Under the pieces are notes generated by a model. The model did no database searches. It saw only the letters and a program-made list of their open reading frames with translations, and was not told where the DNA came from. A stretch of 38,200 nt of DNA, taken from sequence record MN850588.1; one strand, given 5' to 3'. The stretch is from Escherichia phage sortregn. The translations under genes were made by a program, and so were the position numbers. Position 1 is the stretch's first letter. Every line of letters starts with the position of its first letter. Below, in pieces: positions 30,465 to 38,200 of the stretch.

Positions 30465-33400
30465 ATGGCGAACATCTTCGACCAATTTGATCAGAACATG
30501 CCGAAAAATGCGACGGCGCTCCCTAATCAGATTCCAAACCAACCCGGATCCACTGGATCCGGTTATGCTGATCTGGTGGAGAGTGCCGGGGCGAAGTGGG
30601 GGATCCCTGCTGGCCTCATGACCCAATTAGTGGGGAAAGAGTCCAGCGGCAACCCGTCCGCCGTCTCCTCGAAAGGCGCAACCGGGCTAACTCAGGTTAT
30701 GCGCGGGACCGCCGAGGATATGGGCTACAACTGGGACGCGCTGAAAAACGATCCAGCATTACAGGCAGACGCGGGGGCGCAGTACCTTTCCCGCATGTAT
30801 CAGAGGTATGGAGACTGGGGGACCGCTCTCCAGGCTTACCATGACGGCCCCGGCAACGTAGACAAACAACTGGCGGGACAGGCAGAACCTGGCCCGGAGG
30901 GGCGTCAATATGTGGATGATCGGTTTAATCAATGGACTGGGCGAGGCGCTGGCGACAATGGCAGCGGCGAACCTACTCAATACGCAACCAGCGCACGATC
31001 TCCGAGTGCTGGCGGTAATGTTTTCGACCAATTCGGGGACTACCAACCCCCAGCAGCAGCCGCAGCCGACGGAGCCGGACCAACCGGAGCCGATCAACAA
31101 GTCGCAGCCGTCGCCGCTGGCAATGCACCTAATCAAGCGGGATCTGATGGCGCACAAGGGGCGGCAGCGCCGAACGGTAACGGAGTCCAGAGCGGAGCTA
31201 ATCAGCCCGGACAAACCGATCCAAACGAAGAAGCCGCCCGAAACTGGGAACAGTTAGGCCAGACCGTTCTCCATTCGCTGGATCAGGGCGCTCGCGGCGT
31301 GGCTCAGACGGGGATCGACCTGCTGAACACGCCGATCTCGCTGGCGAACATGATCTCCAATGCCGTGACCGATGCGGGCAAATGGGCCGGAGTCGTGGAC
31401 CAGGACACCCAAGCGCCGACCATCACGCCTGGGGGGATCCCTGGTCTCGCGCCTACCGACAAATACGCGCAGATCGGGACCGTGATCGGGGATATGCTCG
31501 CGCCACTGCCTGGCCCTCGTAAGGCTCAGGCGGCGACCGAACTCCTCGGACTGGTCCGTGAATCGCCGGACGTGGCTACCTTCTCGACTCGCCTCGCTGA
31601 TGCCGTGCAGAACTGGATCGCGGCTCCGGCGGCTCGTGCCGTTCCCGGCGCGGTGGCCGCTGGACGTGGGGACCCGGAGGAGACGCTGACGAACATCGCG
31701 TTAGCTCCCGCTGGCGAGGCTGTGGGCCGCGCTGTTATCGGTGGCGCTGGTAGGCTGTGGAACGCTCTCCGGGGCGAAGCTGGGGCCGCTGGTGGCGCTG
31801 GTGCAGATGCAGCGGCAGACGCCGCAAGATCCACCCAGGCGTCCGAGGCGGGCATTTCCGACGCGGTGGCTCGTGACGCGAGCAAGTTCCGACTGACGCC
31901 GGATCGCACTGTGCAGGGCGCGAACGGTGAAACCCTCCGCGCTTCTGACGATGCGATCGATCTGGCGAACATGGCGGACGTGGACAAGAAGGTCCTCAAG
32001 ACGGCCCGCGATCTGGGACTGGAGGACCAACTGACCCCGGCGGCTTATGCGCGTGACACCAATTTCCGCAGCACGATCCAGCAGCTTGTAAGCCGTAAAG
32101 GTTCCAACCTGGAGACGCAGCAGCTAAACGGGATCGCCCGCTTAGGCGAGAAAGCCGACGAGCTGATCGACAGCATGAGCAGCATGAACGCGCAGACCAT
32201 TGATCAGGCGTTTACCGCCCGCACTCGTGCAGTGATCGACGGACTGGGCGACGAGGCGGAGAAGGCTTATAACGCGATCGCGGCGAAGATCCCGCGTAAC
32301 GCCGAAGTAAGGCCGGACAGTACCGTGGACTATCTGACGGCGAAAGCCGACGAGTTAGGCGGCGACGCGTACCTGTCAACGGCAGAGCGTAAGGCGCTGG
32401 ACTGGATGGCTCCGAAGCCTGGCAAGGTGGACCCTGTGACGGGCCTCCCGGATCAGGACGTGGCGACGATCCCGACTTACTCCCGACTGGACACGCTTCG
32501 TAAGCAGGTAGGCCAGGCGCTCAATAAAAAATCCGGCCCGTTCAAGGACGAGGAGACGGGAGCGCTTAAACAGCTTTACGCCCGCCTGACGGACGACCAG
32601 GAGAAAGTCGCGGCCCAGTACGGCGCGGCGGACGACTGGAACGTGGCTAAACAGCTTGTTAAACGCCGTAAGGACCTGGAGACGATCGCCCAGGACGCGC
32701 TCGGAAAGAACCTTACCGACTCGATCACCGGGAAAGTGCAGAACGCGATCCTGAATCTGGGTAAAAAGGGCGGCAGCGCGAAGGACTGGGACCGTCTGAT
32801 GGCTGCAACCCCGGAGAGCCTGAAACAGGACGTAGTGGCTAACGCGCTGGAGCGTACCCTGGGCGCACGTAGCGCCCGCGATACCTTCGCGATCCCCGGC
32901 TTCGTGGACTGGTACAAGACCGCCCAGGCAAACGGGACGTTAGGCAACGTCATGAAGCATTTACCCCGCGATCAGCGTGTGCGCCTGATGCAGGTTTACC
33001 GCGTGGCGAACGCCATCGACCGGGCGAAACGCTTTACCACGACGACGGGATCGATCTCCGACTTCGTGAAGCGCTTCGACGATCCTAGCGCTGGCGGCGT
33101 CTTGTCCAAGCTGTACGGCGCGGCGGGCTGGCTGGGTAAACATGCGGCGGCGTTCTATGCAGCAGGTCCGGCGGGTAATGCGGCCCTCTCAGCGGCTCAG
33201 GCAGCGCGGGGCGCTCGCGTCCCTCGTTCGGTGCTGGCGGACAATTTGCTTTCGTCCACGAACTTCTCCAAACTTATGCAAGCCGCAGCCGCGCAGAGTT
33301 CCGGGAAGCTAACCCCAGCGGGCCGGACGTTCGTCCGCGAGGCCGAGGAAGCGGCGGCAAACTCCCCAGAGTGGCGGGCCTTGTATGAGGCATTCACCCC

Positions 33401-33491
33401 GGAGGAGAAAGCCGCAGTAAACCGGGCCGGGATCGTCGGATTCTTCTCCGGCGCTGGCGGCAGGGCAGCAGCGAACGAGCAGCAGCAATAA
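30465..33491 (+). CDS. large ejection/internal virion protein with N-terminal lytic transglycosylase (SLT) domain
   Basis: 1008 aa at the gp16 position. SLT motifs GKESSGNPSAVSSKGATGLTQVM ... YLSRMYQRYGDWGTALQAYHDGPGNV (about nt 30560-30870), then an A/G/Q/N-rich linker and a long helical region. Confidence 0.75.
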   Translation: MANIFDQFDQNMPKNATALPNQIPNQPGSTGSGYADLVESAGAKWGIPAGLMTQLVGKESSGNPSAVSSKGATGLTQVMRGTAEDMGYNWDALKNDPALQADAGAQYLSRMYQRYGDWGTALQAYHDGPGNVDKQLAGQAEPGPEGRQYVDDRFNQWTGRGAGDNGSGEPTQYATSARSPSAGGNVFDQFGDYQPPAAAAADGAGPTGADQQVAAVAAGNAPNQAGSDGAQGAAAPNGNGVQSGANQPGQTDPNEEAARNWEQLGQTVLHSLDQGARGVAQTGIDLLNTPISLANMISNAVTDAGKWAGVVDQDTQAPTITPGGIPGLAPTDKYAQIGTVIGDMLAPLPGPRKAQAATELLGLVRESPDVATFSTRLADAVQNWIAAPAARAVPGAVAAGRGDPEETLTNIALAPAGEAVGRAVIGGAGRLWNALRGEAGAAGGAGADAAADAARSTQASEAGISDAVARDASKFRLTPDRTVQGANGETLRASDDAIDLANMADVDKKVLKTARDLGLEDQLTPAAYARDTNFRSTIQQLVSRKGSNLETQQLNGIARLGEKADELIDSMSSMNAQTIDQAFTARTRAVIDGLGDEAEKAYNAIAAKIPRNAEVRPDSTVDYLTAKADELGGDAYLSTAERKALDWMAPKPGKVDPVTGLPDQDVATIPTYSRLDTLRKQVGQALNKKSGPFKDEETGALKQLYARLTDDQEKVAAQYGAADDWNVAKQLVKRRKDLETIAQDALGKNLTDSITGKVQNAILNLGKKGGSAKDWDRLMAATPESLKQDVVANALERTLGARSARDTFAIPGFVDWYKTAQANGTLGNVMKHLPRDQRVRLMQVYRVANAIDRAKRFTTTTGSISDFVKRFDDPSAGGVLSKLYGAAGWLGKHAAAFYAAGPAGNAALSAAQAARGARVPRSVLADNLLSSTNFSKLMQAAAAQSSGKLTPAGRTFVREAEEAAANSPEWRALYEAFTPEEKAAVNRAGIVGFFSGAGGRAAANEQQQ

Positions 33492-33496
33492 CAAAC

Positions 33497-33514
33497 GGGG
33501 GCCAGGTGGCCCCC
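33497..33514 (+). terminator. GC hairpin between the ejection protein and tailspike genes (weak terminator/attenuator)
   Basis: GGGGGCC-AGGT-GGCCCCC followed only by TTCTC. Confidence 0.35.
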
Positions 33515-33531
33515 TTCTCATGGAGCGCATT

Positions 33532-35925
33532 ATGTCCGACTTAGACACGCTTTCGGCGGTTTCTATGCCGTCCGTCCCATTCCTCCGCATCGATCGCTTT
33601 GCGGCGGTGGCGGACGGTGGGCTTTACGTGGGCCAACCCGACACGGACCCGACGCAGCCGGAGAACCAGGTCCCGGTCTACATCCTGAACGAGGACGGAA
33701 CCCTGACCCAGATCGAGCAGCCTGTGAAGATCGGGATCGCGGGCTATCCGGTTTATAACGGGCAAGTCGTCAAGGTCCTGACGCAGCCGGGGACCTCTCT
33801 CGACGTCCGCGACCGGAACAACGTCCAGATGTTCTACTTCGACAACCTGACGAAGTACGACCCGGAACAGATGTGGAAACTACTCCAGAGTTCGACGGGC
33901 TGGGAGTTCGTGGGGACCACTTACGGCAACGTGAAACAGGCCATTCAGGGCTATATCACGCCGTGGAACTTCGTCGGCAAGCCGGAATATGCGACCGAGA
34001 CGGAAGCGATTCAGGCCATGTTTGACTATGCGAAGGCGAATAACCTCCCGATCCGCGCTTTCAACTGGGAAGGCACGACCGCCGGGATCGTCACCGCAGA
34101 GAACATCACGATCGTCGGCGGGATCTGGAACCTGGTCGGCAATAACGCAAAGTTCACTAATTGCGTGGTTTTTGATGGGATCTGGCGTCGCCGCTCTATC
34201 TGGTCAAAAGGGACTTACTTCGAGCGTTGCCGCTTCGAACAATGCCGCATCCTTCACGCGTCGGACGACGTGCTGATCCTTAACTCCAAGTTCTCCGGCA
34301 AGGTAGGCAGGAACGTGGCCTCCATCGTCATGCAGGGGAACCAGGTCGAAGGCGACAACAACAAGGACTATTTCGGGCGTTTACGCGTCGAGAACTGCGA
34401 GTTTAATGATATTTCTGGGGGGATCTTCCAGCAGGGCGGGCACTTCAAAATCACCCGCATGATCTTGCGTAACCTGACGTTTACGAACCTGGACTCCGAC
34501 GCGATCGAGCTTAACGTGGTGAATGATGGCTCCTTTACCGAAGGATGCACGATCGAGAACATCGAGATCTATAACTCTAACGCCACGCTTGCGAACTCCA
34601 ACTTAGGGATCGGGATCGGTGTGGCTGGTGCTGGCCCGTACTCGTGGGACGCGCCGGAAACCAACTACGCGAAAAACTTCGTGATCCGCAACGTGACCGC
34701 CGTCGGCGTTCGCCAGTGTGTCCACGTCGAGGTCGGATCCGACTTCGTGATCGAGAACGTGAACGTAAACCCGGACGCCAACAAGTCGATCGGGACTGGC
34801 CTGATCGTCTCCGGCGTTTATATCGCTGGTTCGAAGAACTTCACGATCAACGGCGTAAGCGGAACCCCTGTTCCGTCCGCGACTGTGCCGATCACGGACA
34901 TTCGTATGATCTGCCTGGTGCCGGGACCTACTGACCAATCCGCCCAGCAGTACAATACGCTTTGCCGTGACTACACGATCCGAAACGTGGACGCAAAGGG
35001 CGCATGGGTGCAACTGTGGGTAGACGCTTACCCCGGCTATGGTTCGATCCAGCCACACAGCAACCACGCGACGATCGAAAACGTGGACTGTTATCGCTTC
35101 TCGTGCTTCGGCGTGGGGACCGTGACGACGCTCCGAAACATCACTTGCACCACGTCCGACTGTTTAGGCGATACCTCCACCGGGGGCGGCTATAAAAACC
35201 AGGCGGGATCCGGTACGCTGTTATATATCTTCACTAAATCGGTGCTGAATATTGACGGCTTCTACTCGGAGACTCCGGGCGAGATCTACCGCAAGCCGCG
35301 CTACATGTACACCAATGTGAAGAACTGCAACATTCAGGTAGATCAGGGCGCTAACTTCGACGGACGCGTGGGCGCTCAACTGACGCCGATCACGAAGGCT
35401 TACGCGCCGCAGATCACGGCCCACGGTGGATATGGGAACTTCTTCCCGCGTGGTCGGGAGTTCGACGTGGGCGATCAGGTCTTTGTCTACGACTACGGCA
35501 GCAACGACCCGGCTAATGGTCCTGGGGGGATTGTGGCGCTCAAGGCTTACGTGGTGACGGGCTTCGGCGCGTACTACCCGGCGAACACTGGCGCGTCCAC
35601 CCTCCGCGCAGCAGCAGCGGGCGCTAAACGCGTTTACTGTGCGCTGACGCCGACCGGGACCAGTACCGGATCGCCGTGGCTGTACACTGACACGCTGACC
35701 GCCGGGACGCGTATCAAGATCACGACCAGCGTCGGACAGGAAACCGTGACGATCACCCGCGCACCGTTCCAGCCGCTGAACGATAACGACAACACGGACA
35801 ACCCGGCGAACACGTCGTTACCTATCGCGATCGAGTTCACCCCGGCGCTACAGGGTAGCGTGGCGGCGAACGCTCGCTTTACGATGGCTTACCCCATCAC
35901 CACGCGACCGCCGATCTCCGCATAA
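33532..35925 (+). CDS. tailspike with P22 gp9-type head-binding domain
   Basis: ORF from 33520; ATG 33532 preferred (GGAG 5 nt upstream). FAAVADGGLYVGQPDTDPTQPENQVPVYILNEDGTLTQIEQPVKIGIAGYPVYNGQVVKV vs gp9 [60 protein letters not shown]. The remainder is beta-helix-like. Confidence 0.9.
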   Translation: MSDLDTLSAVSMPSVPFLRIDRFAAVADGGLYVGQPDTDPTQPENQVPVYILNEDGTLTQIEQPVKIGIAGYPVYNGQVVKVLTQPGTSLDVRDRNNVQMFYFDNLTKYDPEQMWKLLQSSTGWEFVGTTYGNVKQAIQGYITPWNFVGKPEYATETEAIQAMFDYAKANNLPIRAFNWEGTTAGIVTAENITIVGGIWNLVGNNAKFTNCVVFDGIWRRRSIWSKGTYFERCRFEQCRILHASDDVLILNSKFSGKVGRNVASIVMQGNQVEGDNNKDYFGRLRVENCEFNDISGGIFQQGGHFKITRMILRNLTFTNLDSDAIELNVVNDGSFTEGCTIENIEIYNSNATLANSNLGIGIGVAGAGPYSWDAPETNYAKNFVIRNVTAVGVRQCVHVEVGSDFVIENVNVNPDANKSIGTGLIVSGVYIAGSKNFTINGVSGTPVPSATVPITDIRMICLVPGPTDQSAQQYNTLCRDYTIRNVDAKGAWVQLWVDAYPGYGSIQPHSNHATIENVDCYRFSCFGVGTVTTLRNITCTTSDCLGDTSTGGGYKNQAGSGTLLYIFTKSVLNIDGFYSETPGEIYRKPRYMYTNVKNCNIQVDQGANFDGRVGAQLTPITKAYAPQITAHGGYGNFFPRGREFDVGDQVFVYDYGSNDPANGPGGIVALKAYVVTGFGAYYPANTGASTLRAAAAGAKRVYCALTPTGTSTGSPWLYTDTLTAGTRIKITTSVGQETVTITRAPFQPLNDNDNTDNPANTSLPIAIEFTPALQGSVAANARFTMAYPITTRPPISA

Positions 35926-35930
35926 AGCAA

Positions 35931-35957
35931 AGGGGCCAATTAAGGCCCCTTTTTTTG
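35931..35957. terminator. bidirectional terminator between the tailspike and the leftward early operon
   Basis: AGGGGCC-AATTAA-GGCCCCT stem-loop, T7 run on the plus side, and TTTGCTTTA on the minus side. Confidence 0.8.
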
Positions 35958-35979
35958 TCTCTCGATTCGAACTTAACAT

Positions 35980-36177
35980 TTAGCGCGGCAGGTCGAGCCG
36001 AGCCTGTAAAACGCCCGCGTAAGCCTTCATCACGTCCAACTGTACGACGAGGAGACGCTGTTCCGTAGGGTTAACTTTCGCGAACCCCGGCGAGTTAAAA
36101 ATGAATTGCGACAGTGCCGTGATCTTGCCTTCGAGATCGGCCTTTTCGATGCGGACGCGTTCTAAAAAGTCAGTCAT
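35980..36177 (-). CDS. small helical protein (crAss001_48-like family as recalled), function unknown
   Basis: ORF 35980-36195; ATG 36177 preferred (8-nt overlap with the upstream HTH gene). FLERVRIEKADLEGKITALSQFI..F..L...EQRLLVVQLDVMKAYAGVLQARL pattern. Confidence 0.65.
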   Translation of the reverse strand: MTDFLERVRIEKADLEGKITALSQFIFNSPGFAKVNPTEQRLLVVQLDVMKAYAGVLQARLDLPR

Positions 36178-36388
36178 GGTTAACTCCTGTTTCAATCAGA
36201 TCCGCGATCGAGACGTCGAGCGCCTTCGCGATGCGGCATAGGTTAGTAACAGATGGCAATTCATGCCCGTTTTCGTAGCGGCTCAACTGATGCGGGATCA
36301 TGCCGATTCGCTCCGCTAATTCTTTTTGCTGGATGCCTTTCGCTTCGCGGACTTGCTTCACGAGGCAAACGGCTTTTAATTCCGCCAT
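36170..36388 (-). CDS. Cro/CI-type (XRE) HTH transcriptional regulator
   Basis: ORF 36170-36403; ATG 36388 preferred (AAGGAG 6 nt upstream). KGIQQKELAERIGMIPHQLSRYENGHELPSVTNLCRIAKALDVSIADL is a classic XRE HTH. Confidence 0.8.
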   Translation of the reverse strand: MAELKAVCLVKQVREAKGIQQKELAERIGMIPHQLSRYENGHELPSVTNLCRIAKALDVSIADLIETGVNHD

Positions 36389-36420
36389 GTTCGGCTCCTT
36401 CATTGGTTAACGTCTCCGTG

Positions 36421-36449
36421 ATTATTCATTAAAGCGTTATGCAAATCAA
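36421..36449 (-). promoter_or_regulatory. sigma70-like promoter candidate for the HTH/small-protein pair
   Basis: On the minus strand: TTGATT (36449-36444), 17-nt spacer, AATAAT (36426-36421). TAACG...CGTTA inverted repeats flank the -10. Confidence 0.55.
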
Positions 36450-36451
36450 AA

Positions 36452-36892
36452 TTATTCTGGGTTAAGCCCTTCACCGTTAACCAGATGCCACTCTTTATGA
36501 TGCTTCTCGCAGAGCCAGCGCACATCTAACGGGCGATCGTAGTCGTCATGATGTCCCACTACCTTCTCCGCCCCGCAGACCTCACACGGCCCCCTGTGGA
36601 GTTCTCCAGTCTTTAGCGCGTAATAGACCATGCTATGAGCGCGGCGCTTCTTTGGATGCCTGGCATGATAGGCTGATTTTGTAGCGTTCGATCGCTCCCG
36701 GCCTTCTCCATGCTGATATTTTTTAGCGTGACAGATGATCCTCTCTTTTCTTTCTGGATCGCTGTGGTAATAACTCCGGTAATTCTTGTTCTTGCACTGG
36801 CGACAGCGTGGATCCCTTCCGTCCTTCCGGCGCTTGTCCTTGTGGAACTCCTCCGGCGGCTTTGATTCGTGGCAAATTGTGCATTGTTTCAT
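36452..36892 (-). CDS. HNH endonuclease
   Basis: 146 aa. N-terminal CTICH..CRQC zinc motif and C-terminal CEVCG..VGHHDDYDRPLDVRWLCEKHHKEWH. Confidence 0.85.
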   Translation of the reverse strand: MKQCTICHESKPPEEFHKDKRRKDGRDPRCRQCKNKNYRSYYHSDPERKERIICHAKKYQHGEGRERSNATKSAYHARHPKKRRAHSMVYYALKTGELHRGPCEVCGAEKVVGHHDDYDRPLDVRWLCEKHHKEWHLVNGEGLNPE

Positions 36893-36935
36893 CTCGTCGT
36901 CTCCTGGGAGGATCGGCCCCGAAGGGCCTCACCCG

Positions 36936-37481
36936 TTAAAACGGAATATCATCGTCGAAATCTTGAGGCGGCTCGTTAGACGCTCCAGAAGCGCCACCAC
37001 GAGGCGCAGACCCAGACCCGCTACCCTTGCCAGGATTTTGCGAGTTCGTCGCGCCACGGCCCGGAGAATTGCGAGAATTGCCACCGCCGCCGGAGTGGGT
37101 AGGTCCACTCCCCCCAGACTGACCGCCTTCACGCTTCCCGCCTAACATTTGCATCGTGCCGCCGACGTTCACGACGACCTCCGTCGTGTACTTCTCGACG
37201 CCTTGCTGGTCCGTCCATTTGCGCGTCTGGAGCTTGCCTTCGATGTAGACCTGGGACCCCTTGCGGAGATACTCTCCGGCGACCTCCGCCAGCTTGCCCC
37301 ACAAAACGACGCGATGCCATTCCGTGATCTCCTTCATCTCGCCCGTTTGCTTATCGCGCCAGGACTCGGAGGTGGCTACGGTGATATTTGCCACCGCGCC
37401 GCCGTTCGGCATGTATTTTACTTCGGGATCCTGGCCCAGATTGCCGACCAGAATCACCTTATTAACGCCGCGTGATGCCAT
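36936..37481 (-). CDS. ssb: single-stranded DNA-binding protein
   Basis: 181 aa. [22 protein letters not shown] fold, Gly-rich linker, acidic tip DFDDDIPF. Confidence 0.97.
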   Translation of the reverse strand: MASRGVNKVILVGNLGQDPEVKYMPNGGAVANITVATSESWRDKQTGEMKEITEWHRVVLWGKLAEVAGEYLRKGSQVYIEGKLQTRKWTDQQGVEKYTTEVVVNVGGTMQMLGGKREGGQSGGSGPTHSGGGGNSRNSPGRGATNSQNPGKGSGSGSAPRGGASGASNEPPQDFDDDIPF

Positions 37482-37483
37482 GC

Positions 37484-38164
37484 TTAGAAGTCCTCAATAT
37501 TCGGTTTATCTTCCGCCGCTGGTGCTTCCTGCTGTGGCTCTACCGGGGCGGCGGGCTGTGCTTTCGCCGTGGCATTATCGGCGGTCTTTTTCTGCTTAAC
37601 AACCGAAGCCGGGTTAAACCCTTTCGACTCGCTGGCGCGGAGTGCCGCCTTGCGGGTAATGTGCCAATCGCGGACGACCTTCACGCTCGCCGAGTCGTCC
37701 GCCAGCATGTGGACCACTTTCCCCACGGCTTCGTCCAGTTTTTCCACGTCGTCGATCGATTCGAGATCCGCGATCCACTGGCGGGCGGTTTTCTTCGTCG
37801 CGTTGCCGTCGTCGTCTGCCTGGGTGATGCCGAACAGCGCCGCCAGGTGATAGCGTCGGGCATAGGTGATCGCCGAGCCGACAGAGTGAGCCGCCGCGCC
37901 CTTACCGAAGGAGAGAGGCATCTCCATAACCGCCGTCATGAACTCGCCGGACTCGTGGAGGACCATCGTCTCCAGCGGTAACACGAGCATGTTATTTTTT
38001 TCGGTGCAGGGCATAGGCGTTTGAACGACGATCAAGCCGTTCGACTCCAGCGCCGGGCGGATCGTGGCGATGAAGGATCCCAAGTCCGCATACCAGTTAT
38101 GCAGGTGATTATTTTCCGTGTTCTTTTTGGCCTCGGACATCATAGCGATGCGGGCCTTAACCAT
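37484..38164 (-). CDS. erf: ERF-family single-strand annealing protein
   Basis: 226 aa. [20 protein letters not shown] is an Erf-family signature. The start may instead be ATG 38143, which forms an ATGA overlap with an upstream frame. Confidence 0.85.
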   Translation of the reverse strand: MVKARIAMMSEAKKNTENNHLHNWYADLGSFIATIRPALESNGLIVVQTPMPCTEKNNMLVLPLETMVLHESGEFMTAVMEMPLSFGKGAAAHSVGSAITYARRYHLAALFGITQADDDGNATKKTARQWIADLESIDDVEKLDEAVGKVVHMLADDSASVKVVRDWHITRKAALRASESKGFNPASVVKQKKTADNATAKAQPAAPVEPQQEAPAAEDKPNIEDF

Positions 38165-38200
38165 TGCCGGGACAATCGCGGCGCGTGATTCAGAAAATAA
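38140..38200 (-). CDS. possible 3' end of an upstream gene (fragment)
   Basis: Minus frame open from the window edge to TGA at 38142-38140, overlapping an internal erf ATG in an ATGA arrangement. Only about 20 codons are visible. Confidence 0.25.
   Translation of the reverse strand, partial: YFLNHAPRLSRQWLRPASL

Noticed and set aside
4180-31795. Canonical E. coli Chi (GCTGGTGG): plus strand at 4180, 8192, 28050 and 31788; minus strand at 8712, 11811 and 16152
   Set aside because: Seven copies in both orientations, in G-rich coding DNA. That is not clearly above what codon bias would give, and there is no consistent orientation.
1-38200. Direct circular closure of the window ends
   Set aside because: Joining nt 38200 to nt 1 would fuse the exonuclease frame to the erf upstream region without a stop codon, and there is no terminal overlap. 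The ends are probably not exactly contiguous, so completeness cannot be judged.
1-38200. tRNA, rRNA, CRISPR array, integrase/attP, transposase or IS ends
   Set aside because: I found none on reading both strands. Intergenic regions are short and are accounted for by terminators, promoters and the repeats listed above.

Overview
Gene-dense, GC-rich dsDNA phage sequence, probably most or all of a P22-like podovirus genome. The virion module follows P22 gene order, but the early genes are not lambdoid. Layout: (i) Both window edges carry parts of a leftward early recombination/repair operon. The right edge has Erf annealase, SSB, HNH nuclease and a Cro-like HTH plus small protein. The left edge has a PD-(D/E)XK exonuclease, VRR-NUC nuclease and SF2 helicase. 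(ii) 3.6-7.9 kb is a rightward early operon: Zn-ribbon/Toprim primase, Dam-family N6-adenine methylase, a truncated DnaN (beta-clamp) homologue, a C5-methylase-like protein, a tandem Myb/GcrA-like HTH protein and small unknowns. (iii) 7.9-9.0 kb is a terminator-bounded cassette with an Ig-domain protein and a short paralogue. (iv) 12.85 to 9.04 kb, leftward, holds six unknown genes, then a lambda-type lysis cassette (holin, R-like endolysin, embedded Rz/Rz1 spanins). (v) 12.99-14.66 kb is a RepA/AAA_25-like ATPase flanked by GGTAAC-rich non-coding regions. (vi) 14.9-16.6 kb holds small genes. (vii) 16.6-35.9 kb runs terS, an HExxH protein, terL, portal, a 4-gene insert, scaffold, coat and a further insert. 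It continues with gp4-, gp10-, gp26-, gp14-, gp7- and gp20-like proteins, an enlarged gp16-position protein with a lytic transglycosylase domain, and a tailspike with a P22-type head-binding domain. I saw no tRNA, rRNA, CRISPR array, integrase, transposase or reverse transcriptase. The most unusual observations are: roughly 4-fold GATC over-representation confined to coding DNA, alongside a phage Dam and a possible m6A-reader-like HTH protein; a frame-independent, strand-biased CTGGGGGGA(TC) motif (at least 15 copies); the truncated beta-clamp homologue; and several terminator-bounded accessory cassettes. All homology statements are motif-level recognition from memory, not database searches.
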